A stretch of 64,000 nucleotides of DNA. Source: an uncultured Bacteroidales bacterium. Lineage in GTDB: Bacteria > Bacteroidota > Bacteroidia > Bacteroidales > Bacteroidaceae. This document shows positions 48,403 through 58,420 of this stretch, in pieces (position 1 is the stretch's first letter; every line of letters starts with the position of its first letter). The notes below the pieces were generated by a model, which saw only the letters and a list, made by a program, of their open reading frames with translations, ran no database searches and was not told the DNA's origin. The translations under genes and the position numbers were made by a program. The DNA lies in NCBI GenBank assembly GCA_902802265.1, contig CADCLN010000023.1, forward strand, positions 4,116 through 68,115, in the 5' to 3' direction.

Positions 48403-49602
48403 TTATTGATTTACAAATTCGCTGACTTCAAAGTTGTTGGCAACGGCGAGGCGAGCACAGTTCTGCAGGATGTGGCGGTTTGCGCTGCCCACCATGTTGG
48501 GTGTGCCCTGCTTGCCGTAGATAGTGATGTCGTTGCGGATGTTGCGTCCCATGCAGGGAGCAATAATCGCCTCGAAGAACGTGCATGCCAGCAGATAACG
48601 ACCCATGTAGAGGTCGATGTGGAAATTGTCGCGCGTCAGTTCATTATCGTGCACCAACGACGTGACGTTTCGGGCATTCTGCACGGCTGTTCCACAGGGG
48701 ATGATGACGTCGATGCCTGAAATGGCTTTCATTTTCTTCACCGAGTCACAAATCTTCTTGTACATATTCAGCTGAGAGCCATACTTGCTGATGTTCTTAT
48801 GCTTCGACGAGTAAGCCCAAGTCTGGTTGAAGGCAAAGGTGGTGCGTGGCGACAGCTTCGTGATGTTGTATGCCTGTATGATTTTGCTTAGGTAAGGCTC
48901 ATACGTTGTGTAGTCGCCCGACTCCAGGGAGTATTGCTGAAAGACTACCACATCGTAGGGCTCACGCCGCATCACGTCGCGTATGTTGATGGCTGTCTCG
49001 ATGCGTTTGCCGCCGTAGATGTTATACTGCCACAGCTCATACACAGGCTCACCACTTTTATAATATTCATAGTGTTGCTTCATGGAACATCCTCCCTTGT
49101 AGAGCACATATACGTTGACATTCGGAATGCCCACCGAATTGAATATTTCGGGCAATGCCGTGCTGGTGTCTATCGAGAACGAATTGCCGATAAAGAGCAC
49201 GTCGAGTTTCACGGGCATATAGGGCAGGGGAGGGTTGCTCAGGTAGCCGCAAGTAGCTGTCGGCACGATGGTCTGCTGTTGTTGCGGAGCAGTTGTTTCC
49301 GTAGCGGCCGCTGTCGCAGTTGGGGATTCTGCTGCTTTGGGCTTGGCTGTTGTGGTGTCTTTGAGAGTAGCTGGGGTTGTCTTCTGCGCGGCAGGCTTAG
49401 TTGCGGCTGTTTTTGCCGTTGTTGCCTTTTGCGCCTGAGTTGTGGCAGGCTTCTTTACGATGACTTTCTTCACGACAACCTTCTTGTTCTGTGATTGCTT
49501 GTTGGTTTGAGCCAGTCCTTCTGCATAGCCGAAACTGCACACCGTTAGTATGAGCACGAATTTCAGTAAGACCGATTTCAGTAATTTTTCGGGGTTTATC
49601 AT
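48403..49602 (-). CDS. Secreted SGNH-like hydrolase-fold protein (DUF4886-like) with a K/T/A/P-rich linker
   Basis: I take MINPEKLLKSVLLKFVLILTV as the start because the promoter box at 49650 excludes the longer ORF. There is a low-complexity linker KKVVVKKVIVKKPATTQAQKATTAKTAATKPAAQ.., followed by VLFIGNSFSIDT. Confidence 0.7.
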   Translation of the reverse strand: MINPEKLLKSVLLKFVLILTVCSFGYAEGLAQTNKQSQNKKVVVKKVIVKKPATTQAQKATTAKTAATKPAAQKTTPATLKDTTTAKPKAAESPTATAAATETTAPQQQQTIVPTATCGYLSNPPLPYMPVKLDVLFIGNSFSIDTSTALPEIFNSVGIPNVNVYVLYKGGCSMKQHYEYYKSGEPVYELWQYNIYGGKRIETAINIRDVMRREPYDVVVFQQYSLESGDYTTYEPYLSKIIQAYNITKLSPRTTFAFNQTWAYSSKHKNISKYGSQLNMYKKICDSVKKMKAISGIDVIIPCGTAVQNARNVTSLVHDNELTRDNFHIDLYMGRYLLACTFFEAIIAPCMGRNIRNDITIYGKQGTPNMVGSANRHILQNCARLAVANNFEVSEFVNQ

Positions 49603-49649
49603 GTTTTGTACTTTATGTGTAAAAGTTATAGTCCTTTTGTTTTTGTGTG

Positions 49650-49657
49650 CAAAGGTA
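49650..49657 (-). promoter_or_regulatory. -7 box TACCTTTG for the DUF4886-like gene
   Basis: In gtgcaaaggtacatg, caaaggta is TACCTTTG on the minus strand. Confidence 0.55.
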
Positions 49658-49762
49658 CATGATTTTTTCCCAAACACAAACCTGTTTGATGAATAAATTG
49701 TGTTTTGTTGGTTTTTCGTTTGTGTTTTTTACATATATTATATTTGTTCGGCATATAACTTT

Positions 49763-49828
49763 GCACTTGTCATTTCAAAACACAGCACTTGTTGATTCAA
49801 AACACAGCACTTGTTGATTCAAAACTTA
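49763..49828 (+). repeat. 3 x 22-nt tandem direct repeat (family 2) upstream of susC
   Basis: Units are gcacttgtcatttcaaaacaca, gcacttgttgattcaaaacaca and gcacttgttgattcaaaactta. A TAACTTTG box (49756-49763) abuts the left edge. Confidence 0.9.
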
Positions 49829-49975
49829 ATTGATATTAAATGGGGGATTTGCTGCCATAATGACGGCGAAAAAAGTCGCCCAGAGTCTATTTCTGTTTTT
49901 TTGCAATTTTTCTGCAATTTTCGTGTTTTTGCAAAAAAAGTGTAATAAAATAGCTGCTGATTCGTTTATTTTTCG

Positions 49976-49983
49976 TACCTTTG
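49976..49983 (+). promoter_or_regulatory. -7 box TACCTTTG proximal to susC
   Basis: The sequence ttcgtacctttgcccc lies about 80 nt upstream of ATG 50062. Confidence 0.5.
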
Positions 49984-50061
49984 CCCCCTGTTTTGTGTAA
50001 AAGTGTGCATACATGTGTGGAAACAACCCTCGTGTATGCTCTAATGTTAACTAATATATTT

Positions 50062-53000
50062 ATGGTATTCAACAAGAAAGGATTTTCTTTGTGGCTATTG
50101 CTGTGTCTGCTCTCAGTGGGCAGCGTAATGGCTCAGAGCAAAATTTCGGGAACAGTGGTTTTCATGGATGACGGTGAACCGATCATCGGTGCATCAGTCG
50201 TAGTGCAAGGCGAAAAGATGGGCGTTGTCACAGACTTGAACGGACATTTTACGCTCACCGTCCCGAAAGGAAAGAAGTTGACCTTTAGCTACATTGGTAT
50301 GGAGTCGGTGACACTCTCGCCCAAGGATGGCATGAAGGTGCAGTTGAAGTCGAGCAATGAGCAGCTCAACGAAGTGGTTGTCACTGGTATGCAGAAGATG
50401 GACAAACGTCTGTTTACGGGTGCAACGACGAAAATTGATGCAGGCGATGCGAAAATCGACGGTGTGGGAGACATCAGTCGCTCGTTGGAAGGACGTGCAG
50501 CGGGTGTCAGTGTACAGAACGTGAGCGGTACGTTTGGTGCGGCTCCGAAGATTCGTGTGCGTGGTGCCACGTCTATCTATGGCTCGTCGAAACCGCTGTG
50601 GGTGGTCGATGGTGTCATTATGGAAGACGTGGTCGATGTGAGTGCCGACGACCTTAGCTCGGGCGATGCCAATACGCTGGTATCTTCTGCCATTGCAGGC
50701 TTGAACTCGGACGACATTGAGAGTTTCCAGATTCTGAAAGACGGTAGCGCTACTTCTATATATGGTGCGCGCGCAATGGCTGGTGTGATTGTTGTAACTA
50801 CCAAGCGTGGTAAGGCAGGACAGGCTCGCATCAACTATACGGGTGAATACACCATGCGTCTGAAGCCTTCATACGCCAACTTTAACATTATGAATTCGCA
50901 GGACCAGATGTCCATCTATCAGGAACTGGAGCAGAAGGGCTATCTGAACTATGCCGAGACTGCCAACGGCAGCGACACGGGTGTGTATGGCAAGATGTAT
51001 CAGATGCTGAGCGAGTATGACCCCACGACGGGTATGTTTGCGCTGAACAATACGCCAGAGGCTCGTGCAGATTATCTGCGTGCTGCTGAGTATCGCAACA
51101 CAGACTGGTTCAGCCGCCTGTTCAATAACTCTATCCAGCACACCCACTCTGTGTCGATGTCGGGTGGTACAGATAAGATGCAGTATTATGCTTCGGTCAG
51201 CGCCATGGTTGATCCAGGGTGGTCAAAGCGCAGTGCTGTGGATCGCTACACGGCAAATCTGAACTCTACTTTCAAGATTTCAAACAAGATATCTTTCGAC
51301 ATCATCAGTAGTGCTTCTTACCGTAAGCAGGAGGCTCCTGGTACGTTGAGCCGACAGGTTGACCCCGTTTCCGGTACCGTTTCACGTTCATTTGACATTA
51401 ACCCCTATTCGTATTCTCTGAACACCAGCCGTGCGTTGGACGCTGATGCTTACTATACTCGTAACTATGCTCCGTTCAACATCTTCCACGAATTGGCAAA
51501 CAACTATATTGACATCAATGTGGTTGACTTCCGTCTGCAGGGCAAGCTGACCTATAAGCCTGTCCGCAAGGTGGAACTGAGCTTGCTGGGTGCAGTGAAG
51601 TATTCTGCCAGCAGCCAGGAGCACAACATTTTGGACGACTCAAACCAGGCACAGGCTTACCGTGCCATGGGTACTTCGACCATCCGCAAGAACAACAACT
51701 ATCTCTATACTGACCCCGACAACATCTATGCGCTGCCTATCTCCATCCTGCCAAACGGTGGTATCATGGAGCGTACAGACAATCGCATGCTGGGTTACGA
51801 CATGCGTGCAGCCGTGAGCTACAACGATGCGTTCAACGACGATATGCACATTATCAACCTCTATGGTGGTATGGAGACAAACAGTGTGGACCGTCATGCC
51901 ACTTGGTTCCGTGGTTGGGGTATGCAGTATTCTCAGGGAGAAATTCCTGCCTACGCTTATCAAGCTTTCAAGAAGGGTGCTGAGCAGAACAACAGCTACT
52001 TCTCACTGGATAATACCCGTGAACGCAGTGCAGCCTTCTTTGCCAATGCCACTTATTCGTTCAAGGGACGCTACACGCTGAATGGTACCATCCGCTATGA
52101 AGGTACGAACAAGCTGGGCAAGAGCCGCAGTGCACGTTGGTTGCCTACATGGAACGTGGCTGGTGCATGGAATGTGCATGAGGAAAATTTCTTTGAGAAG
52201 CTGAGGCCAGCACTTTCCAACTTAACTTTCAAACTGTCTTATTCATTGACCGCCGACCGTGGTCCATCGGATGTGACCAACTCCCGTGTGGTTATTGGTA
52301 GCACAAGCCCTTGGCGACCCTTTGCCAGTGTGAAGGAGACTTATCTCTACATTTCAGACTTGGCTAACGAGGACCTTACTTACGAGAAAAAGCATGAGTT
52401 CAACATCGGCATGGAGGCAGGCTTCCTCAACGACCGCATCAGCTTGGCTGTGGACTGGTATAAACGTAACAACTACGACCTGATTGGCCCTGTTACTACA
52501 CAGGGTGTGGGTGGTGCCATCCAGCGTTTCGGAAATATTGCTACGATGAAGTCGAATGGTTTGGAAATCAGTCTTTCTACCGTAAACATTAAGAACAGGA
52601 ATTTCAGCTGGACTACGAGCTTCATTTACTCACATACGCACAGCGAAGTGACAGGACTGGAGTCTTCTCGTCGATTGGTTGACCTGGTGTCGGGTAGTGG
52701 CTTCACAATGGAAGGCTATCCTGTGCGCAGTATCTTTTCCATTCCTTTTGTCGGACTGAACAAAGAGGGTTTCCCTGTGTTCATCGGACATGAAGGTGAG
52801 AAGACCACAACGGGCATTTTCTTCCAGGAATCCGAACCCGAACTGCTGAAGTTCCTGGAGTATTCGGGCAGTGCAGAACCAACAGACATGGGTAGCTTTG
52901 GCAATGTGTTCAAATATAAAGGCTTCACGCTGAATGTCTTTGTTACCTATTCGTTTGGCAACGTGGTTCGTCTTGACCCTGTATTCTCCAACAAGTACAG

Positions 53001-53394
53001 CGACCTGACGGCACATCCCAAGGAGTTCAAGAATCGCTGGGTAGTGCCAGGCGATGAGCTTTACACCGATATTCCAGTCATTGCGAGTGCACGTCAGAAC
53101 CGCAACGACACCGATCTTTCATACGCCTACAGTTCTTACAACTACAGTACGGCCCGTGTGGCTAAGGGTGACTTCATCCGCATGAAGGAAATTTCACTGA
53201 ACTACGATTTTCCTCAGTCGCTCATCAGCCCGCTGAAACTGAATTCTCTCTCGCTGAAGTTGCAGGCTACCAACCTGTTCCTGATTTATGCTGATAAGAA
53301 GTTGAACGGACAAGACCCCGAGTTTGCGAATGCAGGTGGTGTGGCTGTGCCTATGCCAAAGCAGTTTACGCTGACATTGAGATTAGGGCTTTAA
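50062..53394 (+). CDS. SusC/RagA-family TonB-dependent outer-membrane transporter
   Basis: Start is at MVFNKKGFSLWLLLCLLSVGSVMAQ. The alternative Met is at 50044. It has a CarbopepD-reg-like ISGTVV..GASVVV..TDLNGHF, a plug domain, a long barrel and a C-terminal TLTLRLGL. Confidence 0.9.
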   Translation: MVFNKKGFSLWLLLCLLSVGSVMAQSKISGTVVFMDDGEPIIGASVVVQGEKMGVVTDLNGHFTLTVPKGKKLTFSYIGMESVTLSPKDGMKVQLKSSNEQLNEVVVTGMQKMDKRLFTGATTKIDAGDAKIDGVGDISRSLEGRAAGVSVQNVSGTFGAAPKIRVRGATSIYGSSKPLWVVDGVIMEDVVDVSADDLSSGDANTLVSSAIAGLNSDDIESFQILKDGSATSIYGARAMAGVIVVTTKRGKAGQARINYTGEYTMRLKPSYANFNIMNSQDQMSIYQELEQKGYLNYAETANGSDTGVYGKMYQMLSEYDPTTGMFALNNTPEARADYLRAAEYRNTDWFSRLFNNSIQHTHSVSMSGGTDKMQYYASVSAMVDPGWSKRSAVDRYTANLNSTFKISNKISFDIISSASYRKQEAPGTLSRQVDPVSGTVSRSFDINPYSYSLNTSRALDADAYYTRNYAPFNIFHELANNYIDINVVDFRLQGKLTYKPVRKVELSLLGAVKYSASSQEHNILDDSNQAQAYRAMGTSTIRKNNNYLYTDPDNIYALPISILPNGGIMERTDNRMLGYDMRAAVSYNDAFNDDMHIINLYGGMETNSVDRHATWFRGWGMQYSQGEIPAYAYQAFKKGAEQNNSYFSLDNTRERSAAFFANATYSFKGRYTLNGTIRYEGTNKLGKSRSARWLPTWNVAGAWNVHEENFFEKLRPALSNLTFKLSYSLTADRGPSDVTNSRVVIGSTSPWRPFASVKETYLYISDLANEDLTYEKKHEFNIGMEAGFLNDRISLAVDWYKRNNYDLIGPVTTQGVGGAIQRFGNIATMKSNGLEISLSTVNIKNRNFSWTTSFIYSHTHSEVTGLESSRRLVDLVSGSGFTMEGYPVRSIFSIPFVGLNKEGFPVFIGHEGEKTTTGIFFQESEPELLKFLEYSGSAEPTDMGSFGNVFKYKGFTLNVFVTYSFGNVVRLDPVFSNKYSDLTAHPKEFKNRWVVPGDELYTDIPVIASARQNRNDTDLSYAYSSYNYSTARVAKGDFIRMKEISLNYDFPQSLISPLKLNSLSLKLQATNLFLIYADKKLNGQDPEFANAGGVAVPMPKQFTLTLRLGL

Positions 53395-53409
53395 AAGTAT
53401 AAGACGAAT

Positions 53410-55017
53410 ATGAAAAAAATCTATATATTGATGATTGCGTGTGCAGCCCTGCTTGCTGGCTGCGACAGCTATTTGGACACGTTGCCCGACAACCGTACCG
53501 ACATTGACTCTGAGCAGAAGGTACTGAAGTTGGTGGGTTCTGCCTACATCACGGCTCCTTCGCTGATGGCGATAGAGTTTATGTCGGACAATGTGGATAA
53601 TTATGGTGAAAACAATCCAAACACCAGCCGTTTTGCCGACCAGTGCTACAGCTGGAGCGATATAACAGAAGGTGACAACGAAGCACCCGAAGTGCTGTGG
53701 GAAGATGCTTACTCTGCCATTGCCACAGCCAATCAAGTGTTGATTGCTATCGAGGAACTAGGTGGAACTACCACATCGAATCTGCGTGAAGCCAAAGCTG
53801 AAGCATTGCTTTGTCGTGCATACGCTCACTTCCAGCTGGTCAATATGTTCTGTAAGAATTACAACAAGCAGACCAGCCAGACGGACTTGGGTGTTCCCTA
53901 TATGAAGCAGTTGGAAACCACCATCGGTGTATATTACGACCGTGGCACGGTGGCAGAAGTCTATACCCAGATTGACAAAGATTTGCAAGAAGCCTTGCCT
54001 ATGGTGGGCGATGCTCACTTCAATGCAGCCAGTGCTGTGCCGAAGTATCATTTCAACCAGCGTGCTGCCTATGCTTTTGCCTGCCGTTTCTACTTGTATT
54101 ATGAGCAGTGGGAGAAGGCTGTTGAGTATGCCAACCTTTGCTTAGGCTCTTCGCCAGTCACCATGCTGCGTGACTGGAAAGCTACGAGCGATATGGTGCA
54201 GCAGGAGGATGCCATCTGTCAGCATTACATCGATGCAACGCTGAACTGCAACCTGATGTTGCATACAGCCTATTCCTACATGGGTCTTGTCTTTGGACCA
54301 TACGCCTTGTACTCACGCTATTCTCATGGATCCTATCTGGCTGAGACCGAAGACGGCAATGCCAAGAACATTTGGGGAAGTTCGGAATTCTATTCTCCCA
54401 TGCATGAGTATGCTGCCACCAACCTGGACAAGGTCATTTTCTGGAAGCTGCCTTACCTCTTTGAATATACTGATGCTGTGAAGGGTATTGGTTATTACCA
54501 TACAGTTTATCCAGTATTTACCGGTGACGAATGTCTGTTGAACAGAGCAGAGGCTTACGTCATGCTCCGTCAGTATGACAAAGCTGCTGCCGACCTTACG
54601 ATGTGGATGCAGAACATCATCAATACGAAGAAGGTGCTGACACCGCAGAGCATTCAGACGTTCTACGGCAATCCTGACTTGAAGTATTCTTACGAAGACG
54701 AAAAGCACATTCTTTCGACCGTCAAAAAGCATCTGCATCCAGCTTTTGAAATTGATGAAGAAGGCAGTTTGCAGGAATGTATGCTGCAGTGTGTGCTGGG
54801 CTTCCGTCGCATTGAAACCCTTCAGACAGGTATGCGTTGGTTTGACATCAAACGTTACGGCATTGAGATTGTTCGCCGTGTGATGAATGCAAAAGGGTAC
54901 CCCGAAACACTCAAGGATGTACTGAAGGTGGACGACCCACGCCGTGCTGTTCAGTTGCCTAAGAAGGTGCTGGATGCTGTTGTGGAAGGGAAGCAGATGC
55001 CACCAAACCCAAGATAA
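53410..55017 (+). CDS. SusD/RagB-family lipoprotein
   Basis: 535 aa. It has the lipobox LLAGC and a TPR-like helical pattern. It sits immediately downstream of susC. Confidence 0.88.
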   Translation: MKKIYILMIACAALLAGCDSYLDTLPDNRTDIDSEQKVLKLVGSAYITAPSLMAIEFMSDNVDNYGENNPNTSRFADQCYSWSDITEGDNEAPEVLWEDAYSAIATANQVLIAIEELGGTTTSNLREAKAEALLCRAYAHFQLVNMFCKNYNKQTSQTDLGVPYMKQLETTIGVYYDRGTVAEVYTQIDKDLQEALPMVGDAHFNAASAVPKYHFNQRAAYAFACRFYLYYEQWEKAVEYANLCLGSSPVTMLRDWKATSDMVQQEDAICQHYIDATLNCNLMLHTAYSYMGLVFGPYALYSRYSHGSYLAETEDGNAKNIWGSSEFYSPMHEYAATNLDKVIFWKLPYLFEYTDAVKGIGYYHTVYPVFTGDECLLNRAEAYVMLRQYDKAAADLTMWMQNIINTKKVLTPQSIQTFYGNPDLKYSYEDEKHILSTVKKHLHPAFEIDEEGSLQECMLQCVLGFRRIETLQTGMRWFDIKRYGIEIVRRVMNAKGYPETLKDVLKVDDPRRAVQLPKKVLDAVVEGKQMPPNPR

Positions 55018-55058
55018 TCGCAAAACGCAAAACCGTAAAAACGTACAGAGAAATAATT

Positions 55059-55973
55059 ATGAAGAATTATATATATAACAATGTAAGACGGCTTGCCATC
55101 ATGGCTGTTCCCATGTTGGCAATCGCCTTCAGCAGTTGCAGCGAGGGAGATATGGACGACCAGAGTATCATCACTGTGGACCATGTGGACTATACGCCTT
55201 TTGACCATTGGCTGCAGCGCAACTATGTGGCTCCTTACAACATTGAGTTTAAATATCGCTATGACGACAAGGAGTCGGACATGAACTATTACACCATTCC
55301 TGCCCGTTACGAAGCGTCGGTCATCTTGGCTCACATCGTGAAGTATGCCTGCATCGAGGCTTACGACGAAGTGGGTGGCATCAACTTCACCCGTCGTTTC
55401 TTCCCGAAAATGATTTTCACCATTGGTGAATGGGAATACCGCAACAACGGTACATTCATTCTGGGTACAGCCGAAGGTGGACGCAAAATTTTGCTTTCGG
55501 GTACTAACTATGTGGAGCAGTATATGGGCGACGCCAACGATTTGAATGAATATTATCTGCGAACCATTCACCATGAGTTTACTCACATCTTGAACCAGAC
55601 AAAGGATTATCCTGCCGATTACAAGCTGATTACAGGTTCTGCCTATGTGGCAGACTCCTGGAGCGAAGGCAGTCTGGCCACAGGATTCCTGGAGCGCGGC
55701 TTCATTACCAACTATGCTCAACATTCCGACACAGAAGACTTTGCAGAAATGCTGTCGATGTTCGTCTGCAATTCAGAAGAGCAGTGGAACAAATGGATGG
55801 AGGAAGCTGGCGAGACAGGTGCTCAGCTTATCAACTCCAAACTGGACATGGTGAAAGCCTATATGCAGACCGCTTTCAATATCGACATCGTGAAGTTGCG
55901 TAATGCCATCCAGCGTCGTCAGAAAGACATCACGGCTGGCAGAGTGAATTTGACAGACCTCACTGTAAACTAA
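55059..55973 (+). CDS. Zinc-metallohydrolase lipoprotein (substrate-import-associated type found next to SusCD pairs)
   Basis: 304 aa. It has the lipobox AFSSC and the motif TIHHEFTHILNQ (HExxH). The family name is recalled from the TIGRFAM of this description, not verified. Confidence 0.75.
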   Translation: MKNYIYNNVRRLAIMAVPMLAIAFSSCSEGDMDDQSIITVDHVDYTPFDHWLQRNYVAPYNIEFKYRYDDKESDMNYYTIPARYEASVILAHIVKYACIEAYDEVGGINFTRRFFPKMIFTIGEWEYRNNGTFILGTAEGGRKILLSGTNYVEQYMGDANDLNEYYLRTIHHEFTHILNQTKDYPADYKLITGSAYVADSWSEGSLATGFLERGFITNYAQHSDTEDFAEMLSMFVCNSEEQWNKWMEEAGETGAQLINSKLDMVKAYMQTAFNIDIVKLRNAIQRRQKDITAGRVNLTDLTVN

Positions 55974-55987
55974 AAAGAAAGACAAAG

Positions 55988-57313
55988 ATGAATAACAATA
56001 TGATTACAAAAAAATGGGCAGCTCAGGCTTGGGGCATCTTCGTGTTGACCTCGCTGCTGTTGACATCTTGCTTGAAAAATCAGGAGGATTTCTTTGAAGA
56101 GTCAGCTTCTGCCCGAATGACAAATACCATCAACAAGGCGAAAGACATCTTGCGCAATTCCGAATATGGTTGGGAATTTGAATACTATCCAGACCGTGAA
56201 CTGTCGTATGGTGGCCTGGTATATACCGTAAAGTTCGATTCGCTGGATGCAACGATAGGTTGTTCGTTGATTCCCGATTCCACGGTGACTACCTACTACC
56301 GCATCACTAACGACAACGGTCCAGTATTGACTTTCGACACCTACAATCCCCTGATTCACTATTTTGCCACACCCAGTGCCGGAGAATACGAGGCAAAGGA
56401 TGGTGACTTTGAATTTGTGATTGAAAAGTTGACCGACGACGAGATTGTGCTTTACGGCAAACGTACACTCAACACCATGTATCTGCGCAAGTTGAAGTAT
56501 AGTCCCGACGAATATGCAGCAAAGACCATAGCCATTTGCGACAATTTCATTCAGTCCATGACAGGATCGGTGGGTGAATCAGACGTGAATGCCACATTCG
56601 ACTTGAATGCAAAAAGCATTGAATTCATTCAGGGAACCGACACCATCACGTCTTACTTCACTTTCAACGACGAAGGCATCCGTCTCTATGCTCCGCTCAA
56701 ACTGGGTGGACTGAACATGCAGTCTTTTGCTTACGACATTGAAGCCAAGACGCTGACTTGTCTGGATGAAGGTTGTGACAGTCTCACGTTCCAGGGTACA
56801 CCTCACGATGAAGACTATATGCCCTACAGCCTTTATGCAGGTCGCTACAAACTGCGTTACCACAACGATCAGCTGGAAGCAAATATAGAATTGATACCCA
56901 ATCGCATCGATGGAAGCTACCGTCTGACAGGACTCAATCCAAACTATGAATTGACACTGAATTACGATTTCAATACAGGTGAACTCTTGCTTTCACCCCA
57001 GATGATTGGTGTCATTGACAACAAAGCAGTCTATTTCCTGACCATCGATATGGATGACAAAGGTAATGCAAACTCCATTTGGGTGGGAGAAGAATGTGCC
57101 CTCAAACTGGTGTGGAACAAGAACAATACTTATCCCGTCTTCACCTTTGAGGCAGACAACCCTGACAAATACCCCTGTAACTCGGCAGGACTCTTGATGC
57201 TCTACTACGATGAAGACGACGAACTTACTGGTGACAGAGTGGATGATCCAGCGTGGCTTACCAACGATTCACCTCTTTTCCCAGACTTAAACACATTAAC
57301 TAAACTGAAATAA
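55988..57313 (+). CDS. Lipoprotein of unknown function (DUF4302-like)
   Basis: 441 aa with lipobox LLTSC. Its position after the Zn-metallohydrolase matches the conserved gene order as I recall it. The stop overlaps the next ATG (TAATG). Confidence 0.65.
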   Translation: MNNNMITKKWAAQAWGIFVLTSLLLTSCLKNQEDFFEESASARMTNTINKAKDILRNSEYGWEFEYYPDRELSYGGLVYTVKFDSLDATIGCSLIPDSTVTTYYRITNDNGPVLTFDTYNPLIHYFATPSAGEYEAKDGDFEFVIEKLTDDEIVLYGKRTLNTMYLRKLKYSPDEYAAKTIAICDNFIQSMTGSVGESDVNATFDLNAKSIEFIQGTDTITSYFTFNDEGIRLYAPLKLGGLNMQSFAYDIEAKTLTCLDEGCDSLTFQGTPHDEDYMPYSLYAGRYKLRYHNDQLEANIELIPNRIDGSYRLTGLNPNYELTLNYDFNTGELLLSPQMIGVIDNKAVYFLTIDMDDKGNANSIWVGEECALKLVWNKNNTYPVFTFEADNPDKYPCNSAGLLMLYYDEDDELTGDRVDDPAWLTNDSPLFPDLNTLTKLK

Positions 57314-58383
57314 TGATTATGAAAGGACTTAGCATATTTTTTCTGACTTTGCTGTTGTTGGCAGCTTGCAAAAGCGAAGACGATGGTTATGACACCGATG
57401 GAAATTCCATCACCATCGTGCGTCAAGATTTGACGTTTGACCCACAGGGACGTACAGGTTCATTGGAGGTTCGTGCCGACGGTGCTGTTTCTGTATTGAG
57501 CAGTTCCGACTGGTGTACAGCCGTAGTCAATGGCAGTGTGATCAATGTCACGGTGACAGACAACACCAATATAGAAGGACGTGTGGCTATCTTGACCCTC
57601 AAATCAGGAACAAACACCCTGAAGGTGCCCGTGCAGCAGCGAGGCATGGCCATCGCTACATTGCCTTTCAACCGTCTTCATGCAGAGAATGCTGGCAGCA
57701 CAAAAAAATATTTGCTTCAGCATGACTTCGAAGCAATCCTTACGACTGAAGAAGACTGGATTCATTCAGAAATGAAAGGCGACAGCCTCATTCTCAAGAT
57801 TGACCCCAACACCACTTCACAGATTCGTCGTGGCGAATTGGCATTCTCCTGTGGTGGGATTAAAGACACCCTCCGCATCGTTCAATACGACATTCAGAAG
57901 AACATCGTCGGAGCTTACTACTTTGGCGGTGACTTCTCTGGCAGTCCCTACGGTGTGAGCTTTGAACTCTACAAGGAGAAAGGAGTCTATTACATGGACT
58001 GGTCATCACACGAAAACTGGGAGGGAGCCATCTTCCCTGTTGACTTCAACGAAGAAACCTGTGCCCTTACCATTCCCTCTGCCATGGAGTTCTACTTTAA
58101 CAATGGTGACTGGGAACGAGGCTACTTCTACGACACTTCGGGTCGTGTTGCTTCCAGCCCTGCTGTCAGCATGACAGCCTATCTCTACAGCAACCCCATG
58201 TTGTCAAACGCAACGTACGGCACCCTTGAAGAAAACGGATCATGGCCAGACCACACCATCAACGGCTTTGTGCTCAGAATGGCACGCCTGGGAGGTCTGC
58301 TCACACAGACAGTTTTCACCCTGACCGATGTCTATGTTATGCGTGTAGGACCACGAGGTTCGCAGAACAAAGATTCCAAATAA
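57313..58383 (+). CDS. BACON-domain lipoprotein
   Basis: 356 aa with lipobox LLAAC. It has a BACON-like LTFDPQGRTGSLEVRADGAVSV.SSSDWCTAV..VINVTV..N...EGRVAILTLKSG, followed by a second similar repeat. Confidence 0.7.
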   Translation: MIMKGLSIFFLTLLLLAACKSEDDGYDTDGNSITIVRQDLTFDPQGRTGSLEVRADGAVSVLSSSDWCTAVVNGSVINVTVTDNTNIEGRVAILTLKSGTNTLKVPVQQRGMAIATLPFNRLHAENAGSTKKYLLQHDFEAILTTEEDWIHSEMKGDSLILKIDPNTTSQIRRGELAFSCGGIKDTLRIVQYDIQKNIVGAYYFGGDFSGSPYGVSFELYKEKGVYYMDWSSHENWEGAIFPVDFNEETCALTIPSAMEFYFNNGDWERGYFYDTSGRVASSPAVSMTAYLYSNPMLSNATYGTLEENGSWPDHTINGFVLRMARLGGLLTQTVFTLTDVYVMRVGPRGSQNKDSK

Positions 58384-58420
58384 AAACTTCGTAATAACGT
58401 AATAGTGAACAGAGAAAGAC

